This document shows positions 1-10,366 of a DNA stretch of 64,000 nt, one piece after another. Numbering within the stretch: position 1 is the stretch's first letter; every line of letters starts with the position of its first letter. Source of the DNA: a bacterium (lineage in GTDB: Bacteria > UBA8248); the NCBI GenBank assembly GCA_965221165.1, contig CBDCRP010000002.1, forward strand, positions 1,120,001 to 1,184,000, written 5' to 3'. Both the position numbers and the translations under genes were made by a program. Below the pieces are notes generated by a model that saw only the letters and a program-made list of their open reading frames with translations, did no database searches and was not told where the DNA came from.

Positions 1-450
1 CGGCGGGGTGTAATTATGCGTGACGATGCAGCGCTCGGGATTCTTCGTTCGCGCGGAAATATCCGTCATCCCCAGGCCCGAGGTCTCGCTCGCCAATATC
101 ACGTCGGGCGGGGATATTTCGTCCATCTTCTCGAAAATTTCCTGCTTGAGCGATAAAATTTCACTCACCGCCTCGACGACGAAGTCACCGCCTCGCACGG
201 CTTCTTGGAAGTCCTGTGTCAGTGTGATGCGCTCCAAAATATCGCGCGCCTCCCCTGCACCCAACGCATCCGCGTCAATGAGTATATCGAGGCTTTTTTC
301 TATTTCAGCGCGTGCGCGAGCCGCGCTCCCGGAGCTTCGGTTGAACATTTGAACGCGAAAATTCGCCTGGGCGAACTGCAGCGCCACGCCCCGGCCCACG
401 TATCCACCCCCGATGACCGCGACGTTTCGAATATCGCTTGTCTCGCGCAT
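1..450 (-). CDS. 3-hydroxyacyl-CoA dehydrogenase family protein (5' part; runs off the window)
   Basis: Not in the ORF track. My minus-strand translation from ATG at 450 gives MRETSDIRNVAVIGGGYVGRGVALQFAQ...DFVVEAVSEILSLKQEIFEKMD...ILASETSGL, with Rossmann GxGxxG and EAVxE/ASxTS motifs. AGGAG RBS upstream. Confidence 0.85.
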   Translation of the reverse strand, partial: MRETSDIRNVAVIGGGYVGRGVALQFAQANFRVQMFNRSSGSAARARAEIEKSLDILIDADALGAGEARDILERITLTQDFQEAVRGGDFVVEAVSEILSLKQEIFEKMDEISPPDVILASETSGLGMTDISARTKNPERCIVTHNYTPP

Positions 451-564
451 AATGGCTCCTGGTATAGAATGGACTTGAGGTATGAAAAAAATATATCACA
501 GGCGGGTTCCCGAGGCCACGAGGTCATCTGGAGGCCCAAACAGTTCAATCCCAAGGGAGTATTG

Positions 565-1662
565 ATGGGGAAACGAACGATAGTATGTTTTTTGCTCGGT
601 ATCGCCTTGGCCGCCTGTGGCGGTGAGGGGGATTTCTCCTCCACGGGAAACATGAATACCCCCCGGCACGGACATACGGCCACAAAACTCGAGTCAGGCG
701 AAATACTCATCGCCGGCGGACTCACCAAAACTTCTCCGCTCGATGATTTCGAGATATACGATCCGGCCCAGGGAATCTTCAAACCCTACAAGATTCAAGG
801 CTTGTGGGCCCGTGGCTGGCACAAGGCGATCCGCCTGAAAAGCGGGGTGCTGGTTTCCGGGGGCTGGACGAATGGCAGCGAGGCGCTCAGAGACTCATAT
901 CTCATACAACCTAATGGGGGGCTCCGCTCACGCGCTATGATGAAGTATGGCCGCTATGACCACACGATGACGAAGTTGCCCACGGGAGACATACTCCTCG
1001 CCGGCGGAAACGACGGGAAACGCGCCATTCGACATCTGGAAATATATGCGGCCGACAAGAAGCGCTTCATGCCTGCGCGAAGGCCCATGCTCATTACGCG
1101 CCAGCAACACAGCGCCACCCAGTTGCCCGGAGGCGCCGTCCTCATCCTCGGCGGTGCGGAAGGAAAAGGGGCGCGATACGCGGAGCTTTACCTGTCTTCC
1201 CAAGGGAGAACGCGCCTGGTCCGAAGCCTTACGGCGCAAAGGAGCCGCCACAGCGCCACGCGACTGAAGGACGGGAGAGTGCTCATCACAGGCGGCCTGG
1301 GTAAAGACAAAACGCTCGGTAGCGCGGAAATCTTCGATCCGGCGACAGAAAAATTCACGCCGCTAAAAAACAAACTGCGCGTCAAGCGCCAGCAGCATAC
1401 CGCCACATTGCTCCCTGACGGCAGAGTCGTGTTGATCGGCGGATGGGGCGGCGAGGGGCGTACCCTTGCCAGCGCGGAAGTGTTCGAACCCGACAAAGGA
1501 TGTTTCTGGATGGTGGGTGAGATGAAGTTCCCCAGGCGCCTCCATACGGCCACTTCGCTGGGAGGACAGCAAGTTCTCATCGCGGGGGGCGCATCCGATA
1601 ACGAAGTGCTCAAATCAGCGGAAATTCTCACAATCACCCGCGAAAGAAAAAGCGGATGCTGA
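565..1662 (+). CDS. Kelch-repeat beta-propeller lipoprotein
   Basis: Repeated R-x-x-H-[TS]-A-T-x-L-x-x-G-x-[VI]-L-I-x-GG units. The likely start at 565 (MGKRTIVCFLLGIALAAC) gives a lipobox LAAC after a GGGAG RBS. Confidence 0.85.
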   Translation: MGKRTIVCFLLGIALAACGGEGDFSSTGNMNTPRHGHTATKLESGEILIAGGLTKTSPLDDFEIYDPAQGIFKPYKIQGLWARGWHKAIRLKSGVLVSGGWTNGSEALRDSYLIQPNGGLRSRAMMKYGRYDHTMTKLPTGDILLAGGNDGKRAIRHLEIYAADKKRFMPARRPMLITRQQHSATQLPGGAVLILGGAEGKGARYAELYLSSQGRTRLVRSLTAQRSRHSATRLKDGRVLITGGLGKDKTLGSAEIFDPATEKFTPLKNKLRVKRQQHTATLLPDGRVVLIGGWGGEGRTLASAEVFEPDKGCFWMVGEMKFPRRLHTATSLGGQQVLIAGGASDNEVLKSAEILTITRERKSGC

Positions 1663-2044
1663 TATTTCAAGACCTCACCACAAACATAGGCAACAATAAT
1701 ACCTGACCAGACGAGGATACTCCCATGCCGTTGAAACATGTTATATAAAAACAGACAAAAGTGCGAACGTCTTCGATATAATACCTATAAGATATATATT
1801 TCAATACTTTAAAAAGATTCTTGTCCTATGTTTCACCGAAATTCGTACGTTTGCGCGCCCTGTTGCCTGGGCATCAACGATGCGCCGGGTGTGAGGAGCC
1901 GGCGCCATGATGGTGGGAACGGCCGCAGGATTCGCCTCTTCCCGCAGATCGCCGTTTTCAGACGGTGGGGGATTTCCATCAGCTATGAAATCCCGTTATC
2001 CCGTTGATACTTTTGGGGAACATGCATTGTTCCCAATCTCGTTC

Positions 2045-2441
2045 GGAATCCGTCTTCTGCAATATGTAATCAAACCGAAAGCGGATTCATTATAAATTCT
2101 GCGCATCCATGCGAGCGCCTGTCGTGTAAGTGTGTTCGTTCGAGCCGTGACGAAGTGGGCTTTACCGCCGACCGAATCCAGCTTAACGCCGACCTCTATA
2201 AGATGAAGATCGATATTGGAATACTGTCCATGTACCGCAAATGCCCGGAGAGCCTGCAGACTTCGATTGTGGCGAAAGCATTTAGACGGACCAATTACGT
2301 TGGGACAGTACCTCAAACTGCTGCTATCTAGGTGCTGTCATCTCGGTCCGGATGAGCGGTTACGACAAAAACTCGCTGGGATACGCGGAATTTATAATGA
2401 ATCCGCTTTCGTTTTGATTATAGATTGCGGAGGCAGATTCC
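2045..2441. repeat. Imperfect ~70 bp inverted repeat pair (2045-2115 and 2372-2441) enclosing ~255 bp
   Basis: Core GAATTTATAATGAATCCGCTTTCG is on + in the right arm and appears as its reverse complement in the left arm. The flanks align with scattered mismatches. Confidence 0.8.
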
Positions 2442-2985
2442 AGGCAGGATTGAAAAATTATATATTAGAAATAAAATCAATATGATAAACGGATTTTAAG
2501 ACCAATGAAAATCTCCCAATTTATCTAAGAAGATCTTCGCTCTTCCAGGTACCTCAAGGCGAAAGAAGCGGCTTCGCCCTGATGTTCCAAGCCGACATCG
2601 TCGGGGTCTCCACGTCCATCGATCGATGAAGTGCGTCCGCCTACAGGTCGGGTAAGGACGCAACCAATGAAACACAACGCACTGAAGTCATTCAATTCAT
2701 TACGGGCCGGACCCTTAGGCAATTCTTCGTTGAAGAATCGTGAGCCACGGCGTCGTTGGTCGCCTGCTGGACTTCGGCGTCGGTCGCATCCGAGCTGCCA
2801 CGGCGGATGTGCTCAAGGGAACGGCCGTCGAGATGTTTGTGTCTGATCTCGAAGTCGTGTAGATTACCCTCACCTAGTATCCTTAGCGTGGGCTGTTCAT
2901 ACGATTTTGTGGGTCTTGCAGTTAATGCCGGGGGCCGACAATCCAAGCTAGCGGGAATGCCCAATCTACAGAGGAGATTGGAGCA

Positions 2986-4755
2986 ATGTCCTCACGCAGA
3001 GCCCTGATCGATGTTGCCCTTGGCAATGAACCGGCGGATCTCGCGATAACGAACGGCCGTCTCGTCAATGTACTGACCCGTGAAATCTACAGCGCCGGGG
3101 TCGCGATCAAGGCCGACCGGATCGCGGCGGTCGGCGACATCGATTATGCGATCGATGAGAACACGGAAGTGATCGACGCGGAGAATCGCTATGTGACACC
3201 CGGCCTGATCGACGGCCACCTCCATATGTATCACTCCTACCTGGGCGTTAACGAGTTCGTCGAGGGGATGCTGCGCCATGGCGTCACCGCCTACGCAGAC
3301 GGCTTCTATGGCCAGGGGATCGTCGGCGGTCGGGACGCGATCCGATTTTTCAAGGGTGCGCTCGAGGCCACCCCTCTCAGGCTTATATTCTTGGTCCCCA
3401 CTCTCGCGCACCTGCAGAACCGAGAACTCGGCCTCGAGCCCACACCAGGCATCAGCGTCGAAGAGATGAACGAGATGCTCGACTGGGAAGGCTGTGTGGG
3501 CCTGGAGGAGCCGCCGTTCTTGCCGATCTGCGAGAAGTGGGACGATTATTTGGACCTCTTCGACCGGTGCTTGGAGCAACGCAAAACGATTACGGGGCAT
3601 GGCGCCGGCGCCAATTGGCGCCAGATGCAAGCATATGCCGCGGTCGGAACCAGTACCGACCACGAGGCCATTGCGGCCGACGAGGCGGTCGACAAGGCCC
3701 GGGCCGGCTTTCGCCTGCTCATGCGCCTCGGGTCAGGCGCGATTGACGTGCCGGAGCTCGTCAAGGCGTATGTTGAGCACAAGATCGATCCGAGAACGCT
3801 TGCCATGTGCGCTGATCTTGCATCGCCTGAGAAACTGCTGCGCGAGGGCGGGGTCGACGCAAATATCCGCTTGGCCATTCGAAATGGCGTGTCACCCGAT
3901 CTCGCGGTTCAGATGGCGACCATCAATGTTGCCGAGGCCTTCTATTTGCAGAGGGAAATGGGGGCGGTTGCACCTGGCCGCTACGCTGACATCCTGTTCG
4001 TCGACGACCTGTCCACGTTTGATATCACCCGCGTATTCGTCGGCGGGGAGACCGTAGTCCTGGACGGCGAGTTTCTGGCGGATCTGACCCCCATCGAGTA
4101 TCCAAGCGACTTCCGTGGGACGGTCAAGATCGAGCGTGAGATCACCGCAGGCTATCTCGAACCACGGACCGATGCCAAGGGCCCAGTGACCGTTCGAGTG
4201 ATCGGCGTGACGGACGGCAGCCTCGTAACCGATGACGGAAGAGCGGTCCTCAACGTCGAAGACGGCGTGATACAACCGGATATCGTCAACGACGTCCTGC
4301 CGCTGACGATGGCCGATCGGTTCGGCAAGGGAGGGGGGCGCATCGGTAACGGCTTCGTCCGCGGCTTCGGACTAAAGCGCGGGGCGATTGCTTCGACTGT
4401 CAACGCCGTCTGCGAGAATCTGGTTGCGGTCGGCGCGAGCACATCCGATATGGCATTCGCCATGAACAAGCTCGCCGAGATCGGTGGCGGGAAGATCGTC
4501 GTTGCCGATGGTGAGATCCTCGCGCTGGTGGAGTTGCCCCTTCTCGGGCTTTTGTCCGAAGAACCGACGGGAACGGTTGCGGCGAAGTTCGATAAGGTTT
4601 TCGACGCCATACGCGAACTCGGGTGCGATCTTGCGAGCCCGTTCTCACAGCTTGAGTTCAGCTTCGCCTGCGGCGAAATCGGCGACCTACGACTTTCTGA
4701 CGAAGGATTGTTGCGGGTCGACCCACCGGAGATGGTGTCGTTGGTCGTAACATGA
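2986..4755 (+). CDS. ade: Adenine deaminase family amidohydrolase
   Basis: 589 aa. PGLIDGHLH metal motif, TDHEA, MATINVAE, GAVAPGRYADI, and a C-terminal GFVRGFGLKRGAIAST domain typical of adenine deaminases. Confidence 0.8.
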   Translation: MSSRRALIDVALGNEPADLAITNGRLVNVLTREIYSAGVAIKADRIAAVGDIDYAIDENTEVIDAENRYVTPGLIDGHLHMYHSYLGVNEFVEGMLRHGVTAYADGFYGQGIVGGRDAIRFFKGALEATPLRLIFLVPTLAHLQNRELGLEPTPGISVEEMNEMLDWEGCVGLEEPPFLPICEKWDDYLDLFDRCLEQRKTITGHGAGANWRQMQAYAAVGTSTDHEAIAADEAVDKARAGFRLLMRLGSGAIDVPELVKAYVEHKIDPRTLAMCADLASPEKLLREGGVDANIRLAIRNGVSPDLAVQMATINVAEAFYLQREMGAVAPGRYADILFVDDLSTFDITRVFVGGETVVLDGEFLADLTPIEYPSDFRGTVKIEREITAGYLEPRTDAKGPVTVRVIGVTDGSLVTDDGRAVLNVEDGVIQPDIVNDVLPLTMADRFGKGGGRIGNGFVRGFGLKRGAIASTVNAVCENLVAVGASTSDMAFAMNKLAEIGGGKIVVADGEILALVELPLLGLLSEEPTGTVAAKFDKVFDAIRELGCDLASPFSQLEFSFACGEIGDLRLSDEGLLRVDPPEMVSLVVT

Positions 4756-4783
4756 CGCAAACCGGAAATACGAGGGCGAGATC

Positions 4784-5545
4784 ATGAGTAATGGAAAGCT
4801 GGCGGGCCGAGTCGCAATCGTGACCGGTGGATCGCGGGGGCTTGGACAGGCGATTGCGTGGGAATTCGCGAATGAGGGTGCTGACGTGGCAGTGGTCGGC
4901 CGAGACGAAGGCGCCCTTGCTGAAACGGTTGAGGGCATCGAGCAGCGTGGCGGAAAGGCCGTCGCTATCGCGGCGGAACTCCGTGAAGTCGCCTCGATTC
5001 CAGGGGTCTTCGACAAAGCCGAGAAGGAACTCGGCGAGTCGACGATCCTTGTCAATAGTGCGGGCTTACAGGGGGATCGTCCTGCGCTCGATGTCACTGA
5101 GGACCAGTATGACGAGGTAGCCGATACCAACATGAAGGCGCTGTTCTTCTGCTGCCAGGAGGTCGGCAAGCGGTGGATCGATCGCAAGAGTGGAGGGCGC
5201 ATCATCAACCTCGGTTCTATTTTCGCCGTCGTCGGGATGCCCAATTTCTCGGTCTATTGTTCAACAAAAGGCGGCGTGCTGCTGCTTTCCAAAGCTCTCG
5301 CGATCGAGTGGGGGAAACACGGAATTAACGTCAACCTGATCGGCCCCTGCGCCACGATGACAGACATGGTAAGGCCGCTGTTCGACGACCCCGCATTCAA
5401 GGCAGCGTACATGCCGAGGGTGCCCGCTGGCGCCCTGCCTGATCCCTTGGATATCGGCAGAGCAGCCGTCTTCTTAGCCTCGGACGACGCACGGATGATT
5501 CATGGACACCATCTACTCGTCGACTCCGGCTATACGACCAACTAA
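4784..5545 (+). CDS. Short-chain dehydrogenase/reductase
   Basis: TGGSRGLG, NSAG and catalytic YCSTK (YxxxK). Confidence 0.9.
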   Translation: MSNGKLAGRVAIVTGGSRGLGQAIAWEFANEGADVAVVGRDEGALAETVEGIEQRGGKAVAIAAELREVASIPGVFDKAEKELGESTILVNSAGLQGDRPALDVTEDQYDEVADTNMKALFFCCQEVGKRWIDRKSGGRIINLGSIFAVVGMPNFSVYCSTKGGVLLLSKALAIEWGKHGINVNLIGPCATMTDMVRPLFDDPAFKAAYMPRVPAGALPDPLDIGRAAVFLASDDARMIHGHHLLVDSGYTTN

Positions 5546-5562
5546 TCGAGGTTCGGGGGGCT

Positions 5563-6666
5563 GTGACCCTGGTGACTGACCAGAGCGAAACACCAGGTGG
5601 TCCTGCAACAGGCGACCATTTCGGGAACGATCCCCAACCGGAAACGACTTGGGCCGTCGGCGCTTTGGAACGAACGCGTGGTCTTCTGCGTCACGAGGTG
5701 CAGTTGCTACTCGCCCTCGTCCTCCTCTACCTCGGGTTTTCGATCGTAGAACCCGACATCTTTATTTCCGTTAGGACCATTGAGAATCTCGCCAGACAGG
5801 CGGGGGTGCTGCTGGTCGCCAGCGTTGGGCAGATGCTGGTGCTTGTCGTGGGTGGTTTCGACATCTCGGTCGGCGCGACTGCGGGATTCGCCTCCACAGC
5901 GCTCGCGCTGCTCGTTGACGATTTCGGTTTGTACGGGGCCGTCACGGCGGCGTTGGCGCTTGGAGCCGTTGTTGGATCCGTCAACGGTCTTGTTATCGCG
6001 TATCTGGGGGTCAATCCCTTCGTGGCTACTTTGGCGATGCTGACGTTCCTGACCGGATTGTCAAACGAACTGAGCAGCGGTGCTTCGGTTCCGATTACCG
6101 ACCGGGGAATGAGTGCGTTCGGGGCGGACGAGTGGGGGCCGCTGCCGGGTACAATGGGCGTCGGACTGGTTGTCGTATTCATTGCGTACCTGCTTCTCAA
6201 CCACGTCAGGGCGGGTCTCTACATCTATGCGATCGGGGGGGCTCGTGAGACGGCGCGTCTGTCGGGAATTTCGGTCGCCCGTTACGAGGTTCTCGCCTAT
6301 GCGATGTGTGGCCTTTTTGCGGCCGTCGCCGGGGTCATGCTCGCATCCAGGGTCACGCTTGGACAGGCAAGCCTCGGGGCTGGTCTGGAACTTGAATCTA
6401 TCGCCGCGGCGGTGATTGGGGGCGCCGCGATCGGCGGCGGAGTCGGTCGGCTGCTTGGCGCTGCGATGGGGGTGGGGATCCTGACGGTACTCACCAGCGG
6501 TCTCGAGATCGTCGGTGTTTCGGAGTTCGCGCGTCAGATGGTTACCGGCGTCGTGCTGGTCGTAGCGGTCGCCTTCAACCAACGAGGACGGCTGGGTGAA
6601 TGGGCGATCTTCAAGCGAGCTATATTACTGCTTCGCGGCCGCGGCGCAAGGTCCAGCGGTCCTTGA
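5563..6666 (+). CDS. Sugar/nucleoside ABC transporter permease (RbsC-like)
   Basis: GGFDISVG, PFVATL, YAIGG..ETARLSGI and ELESIAAAVIGG motifs; hydrophobic. Confidence 0.9.
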   Translation: MTLVTDQSETPGGPATGDHFGNDPQPETTWAVGALERTRGLLRHEVQLLLALVLLYLGFSIVEPDIFISVRTIENLARQAGVLLVASVGQMLVLVVGGFDISVGATAGFASTALALLVDDFGLYGAVTAALALGAVVGSVNGLVIAYLGVNPFVATLAMLTFLTGLSNELSSGASVPITDRGMSAFGADEWGPLPGTMGVGLVVVFIAYLLLNHVRAGLYIYAIGGARETARLSGISVARYEVLAYAMCGLFAAVAGVMLASRVTLGQASLGAGLELESIAAAVIGGAAIGGGVGRLLGAAMGVGILTVLTSGLEIVGVSEFARQMVTGVVLVVAVAFNQRGRLGEWAIFKRAILLLRGRGARSSGP

Positions 6667-6702
6667 CGCAACATATCGTTTCCACTGCCAAAGGAGAACG
6701 CC

Positions 6703-7824
6703 ATGCGTATGAAATCTTTGATTGCCATGCTGAGTCTCGTCACGTTTATGCTTATGTTCTGGGGAGGGAACGAGGTTAGCGCCCAAGCCATCAAAATCAG
6801 TCCCAACGATAAAGCCTATGCGAAGTATCAGGCGCTTTCGACGGCGAAGAAGTTGCATTCGAATCTTCCCTGCACGGTTTCTCCTACCCCAGAGGAAGCC
6901 GCGGCGTACCGCGCGCCAAAGGCGAAGCGCAGATACACAATCGGCTTTATGGAGCCCACGTTGGCGGGACACTATTACCAGGCAGGTTCCAGCGGCGCGG
7001 TTAAGGCTGCTGCCGAAGCGGGCGTGAAGCTTGAGTTCGTTTCGGCGGGTACCGGATACGCGTCGCCCGAGCAGCAGTTCAAACAGGCCGAGCGGCTCCT
7101 GCTGAAAAGTGTAGACGCAGTCGCAGTCATCCCGACCGATATTCAGGGTGGCGTCGCAATCACCAATCTTTTCCTCCGCGAGAAAATTCCGGTTGTGATC
7201 GTGGCCACTGAGTCCAGCTCGCCGGATGCATACATGGTTATGCAGGACGACTACCAGATGGGTCGTGATTCGGCTGACCTCCTGGTGAAAGAGACCGGCC
7301 CAAATGCCGGTAAGGGCATCGTGATCGCCGGGCCGGCCAACGCCACCTGGTCGGCCAAACGGGCAGCCGGTTTCGCGGATCGGGTTAAAGAACGATACCC
7401 GGGTGTCAAGATCGCCGTCTCGGCGACGCAGAATGTCGATCCTGCCCAAGGGCTGAAATCATTCGAGAACGCGGTTCAGGCCCATCCTGATATCAAATGG
7501 GTGTATTCGGTCTTTAACCTGCTGCTTGATCCCGACTCGCTGCCGGCGCGGTACAAGAACGTGGCTTTCATCACGAACGGTCTGGACCCTGCCTCCATTC
7601 AGGATTTGAAAGAGGGTCAATACTCGACGATCATAGGCATTACACCGACTCCGATGGGGTATCAGGGGGTCGGTCACGCCGTGTCGATCCTGAATGGCGA
7701 TCAAAACGTGCCCGCCTTGGTGTGCATCCCGCTGACGCGGTACACCGCAAAAGACATGCCGCCCGACAAAACTGCGGTGACGTTGGAGCTTGTCCAGAAA
7801 GGGTTTGAGGTCTCGGCTAAATAA
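6703..7824 (+). CDS. Sugar/nucleoside ABC transporter substrate-binding protein (RbsB-like)
   Basis: Signal peptide, type-1 periplasmic binding protein pattern (VMQDDYQMG, KRAAGF), operon context. Confidence 0.85.
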   Translation: MRMKSLIAMLSLVTFMLMFWGGNEVSAQAIKISPNDKAYAKYQALSTAKKLHSNLPCTVSPTPEEAAAYRAPKAKRRYTIGFMEPTLAGHYYQAGSSGAVKAAAEAGVKLEFVSAGTGYASPEQQFKQAERLLLKSVDAVAVIPTDIQGGVAITNLFLREKIPVVIVATESSSPDAYMVMQDDYQMGRDSADLLVKETGPNAGKGIVIAGPANATWSAKRAAGFADRVKERYPGVKIAVSATQNVDPAQGLKSFENAVQAHPDIKWVYSVFNLLLDPDSLPARYKNVAFITNGLDPASIQDLKEGQYSTIIGITPTPMGYQGVGHAVSILNGDQNVPALVCIPLTRYTAKDMPPDKTAVTLELVQKGFEVSAK

Positions 7825-7870
7825 TGACCAACCAGCAGCGCTACTCTTGCAAGCTTGGTGGTCACAGAGG

Positions 7871-9409
7871 ATGGAATTGCTGAATTTACCGGTCGCAGAA
7901 CGCCGTGTCCCTGCCATCAGGATGCAGAACGTCACCAAAACGTTCCCCGGCGTAAAGGCCCTGGATCGCGTCAGTTTTGATGTCGACCACGGTGAGATAC
8001 ACGCGCTGGTCGGAGAGAATGGGTCGGGAAAGTCCACACTTCTGAAGTTGATGGTGGGCGCTTTCCCGATGAACTCCGGGCTGATCCACATCAATGGGGA
8101 TGAGGTTCGGCTGCGCTCACCGCGTGAAGCCAGGAAGCGATACGGTATCAAGATGATGCCGCAGGATGTCGAGTTGTGCGGACAACTGATTACCGGTCGC
8201 AACATCATGCTGGGCCTCGAGGGAGCGCTTGTCGACCGAAATAGACTGTCGCGCCGCGAGCGAGCAATAACGACGGAAGTGCTCCGCCTGATCGGTGCTC
8301 ACGTGGATCCCCAGATCAGAGCGGAGGATTTAAGTACACCGGAGGCTCGATTTATCCAGATCGCTCACGCGCTCTTGCCTCCGGTGAGCATGGTCCTTTG
8401 CGACGAGCCGACGGCGGTACTCTCCGCAGTGGATACCGAGGCGCTTCTGGCCACCTTGACCAGGATTCGGAGCGAGGCAGGTACGGCCATTGTATATGTC
8501 AGCCACCGGATCGGTGAGGTCCTTCAGATAGCTGACCGCATCACGATCCTGCGCGACGGCCGCAGCGTCGGTACGTTTCGACGCGACGAGATCAACCGAC
8601 AACAAATGATTGAACTGATGACCAAGTCCGCGCGCGTCGGCAAGCAAGGGGCGCCGGCTCAAGACGCTGCCCAGAGCGCAGTGAAAGGAGGAAAGCTGGC
8701 GGTTAAGGCGCTTGGGCTCGGTCGAAGCTTTTCAGACGTTTCGTTCGAAGTAGCGGCGGGACAAATTGTGGGAATCGCCGGCGCGCAAGGTGCGGGATTT
8801 GGTCCGCTGCTCGCCGCAATTGCGGGCCGTATCATATACGACGTCGGCACTGTCGAGCTGGACGAGGTCATCATTCCGCCCGGCTCGACCACGAAAGCGT
8901 ACAAGCTTGGGATCGCGCTGGTTCCTGCCGATCGGCGGCAAGCGGGTATCGTCTCAACGCTCACGGTTCGGGAGAACATCGCCTTGCCCGTTACAGGATC
9001 GCTTGGACGATACGGTTTCCGGCTTCGACGGGCCGAGCGAGAGACGAGCCGAAAGTTCGCTGAGGTATTCGATATCAGGGGAGCCGGGCTTAACACCAAG
9101 GCCGGAAATCTGAGCGGCGGCAACCAACAGAAACTAGCGATCGCTCGATCCCTTCAGGGGGACCCCAAGTTTCTTCTACTCGAAGAACCCACGCAAGGCA
9201 TCGATATTGGCGCCAAGACCGAGATCCGTCATCACATCAGCCAACTCGTTCGTAACGAAGGAATGGGCGTGTTGGTTGCAAGCTCCGAGTTTGAAGATCT
9301 AATCGGCTTTTCGGATGTCCTTCATGTGATGCGTCTGGGCCGGATTGTCGCAACATTAGACGGGAAGACGGCGACCTACTCGCAGATCCTTCACGCGGCG
9401 CTCCCTTAG
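7871..9409 (+). CDS. Sugar ABC transporter ATP-binding protein (RbsA-like, two ABC domains)
   Basis: GENGSGKST Walker A, CDEPT, LSGGNQQK, LEEPTQGID. Start taken at ATG 7871 after GAGG. Confidence 0.9.
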   Translation: MELLNLPVAERRVPAIRMQNVTKTFPGVKALDRVSFDVDHGEIHALVGENGSGKSTLLKLMVGAFPMNSGLIHINGDEVRLRSPREARKRYGIKMMPQDVELCGQLITGRNIMLGLEGALVDRNRLSRRERAITTEVLRLIGAHVDPQIRAEDLSTPEARFIQIAHALLPPVSMVLCDEPTAVLSAVDTEALLATLTRIRSEAGTAIVYVSHRIGEVLQIADRITILRDGRSVGTFRRDEINRQQMIELMTKSARVGKQGAPAQDAAQSAVKGGKLAVKALGLGRSFSDVSFEVAAGQIVGIAGAQGAGFGPLLAAIAGRIIYDVGTVELDEVIIPPGSTTKAYKLGIALVPADRRQAGIVSTLTVRENIALPVTGSLGRYGFRLRRAERETSRKFAEVFDIRGAGLNTKAGNLSGGNQQKLAIARSLQGDPKFLLLEEPTQGIDIGAKTEIRHHISQLVRNEGMGVLVASSEFEDLIGFSDVLHVMRLGRIVATLDGKTATYSQILHAALP

Positions 9410-9510
9410 GCGTCGGCGCTGAGGCTGCGGCGAACGGCGCAGCGTTAAACTCCGGTGATATTGCAGTTGCACTTATTGTCGGGGTACAGCAGCCCTCTCT
9501 CATCTGCGTT

Positions 9511-9528
9511 CAGATGGTATACCAACTG
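9511..9528. promoter_or_regulatory. Palindrome resembling a GntR/FadR-family operator
   Basis: CAGATGGTATACCAACTG, a near-perfect dyad around TGGTATACCA. Confidence 0.35.
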
Positions 9529-9697
9529 ACATTGCTGAATGCTGGCGCGCAGTGGCGGCTCGACGCGAATGCCTCTCTCAACCATGCCGGCACGCGGCGC
9601 GAGCGCGAGGACGGCGAGGAGCACGAGCTCATGTTGCAGGCGATTCTGCGCTGGTAGCGGCCGAGGTTCGCATACCGCTCACGGGTTGCTTCTCCAG

Positions 9698-10366
9698 CCC
9701 GCGCTTGGGCTGCTTCTGGGGCACCTTGAGCCCCTCCTGCCGCCAGATGCGCTCGACCCGCTTGTGGTTCACCCGCCAGCCCTCATGCCTCAGGAGCGCT
9801 GTGACGCGCCGGTACCCATAGCGCCCGTATAGACTGGCCAGCTGGGTGATTCGATCGGTAAGCCTCCTCTCATCATCGCTCAGACACAGAGGGCGCCTTT
9901 GCGTTGAGCGGGGCTGTGCCAGCACCCGGCAGGCCCGCCGCTCAGATACCCGGAACCTCTCGCGTACATGCACCGCCGCCCGCCTTCTCTTTGGCGGGCT
10001 CAGAAGTTTCCCGAGGCGACCTCCTTGAGAATCGCCATGTCCAGGGCCTGGTCAGCTACGTGCTTCTTGAGGCAGCCGTTCTCACGCTCGAGTTCCTTGA
10101 GCCGCTTGGCCTGATCGAGCCTGAGGCCTCCGTACTCCTTCCTCCAGCGATAATAGGTCTGCTCGGATACTTCGATCTGCTTGCGGGCCTCAGGGACGGT
10201 CTGTCCCTGAGAGAGCAGAACCTCGGCTTCTCTCAACTTGCCGATAATCTGCTCAGGCGTATGACGCTTCCTGGACATGAAAAATTCCCCCGGATCGGGC
10301 GGCCCGGCCGAAAGAGTACCGAAAATCCTCTCATTCAGCATGGACCGATGTGAGGGGGGCACATCA
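9698..10366 (-). mobile_element. Truncated IS3-family element (orfA 10000-10278 intact; orfB cut after ...QKQPKRG)
   Basis: Left end TGATGTGCCCCCC at 10366. orfA MSRKRHTPEQII...VASGNF. The orfB start matches the full copy at 20.4-21.7 kb but lacks the DDE domain. Confidence 0.9.

Noticed and set aside
1651-1690. Kelch gene ends Ser-Gly-Cys-TGA, reminiscent of a GCU selenoprotein tail
   Set aside because: No hairpin follows the UGA, readthrough adds only 8 unremarkable residues, and there is no redox fold.
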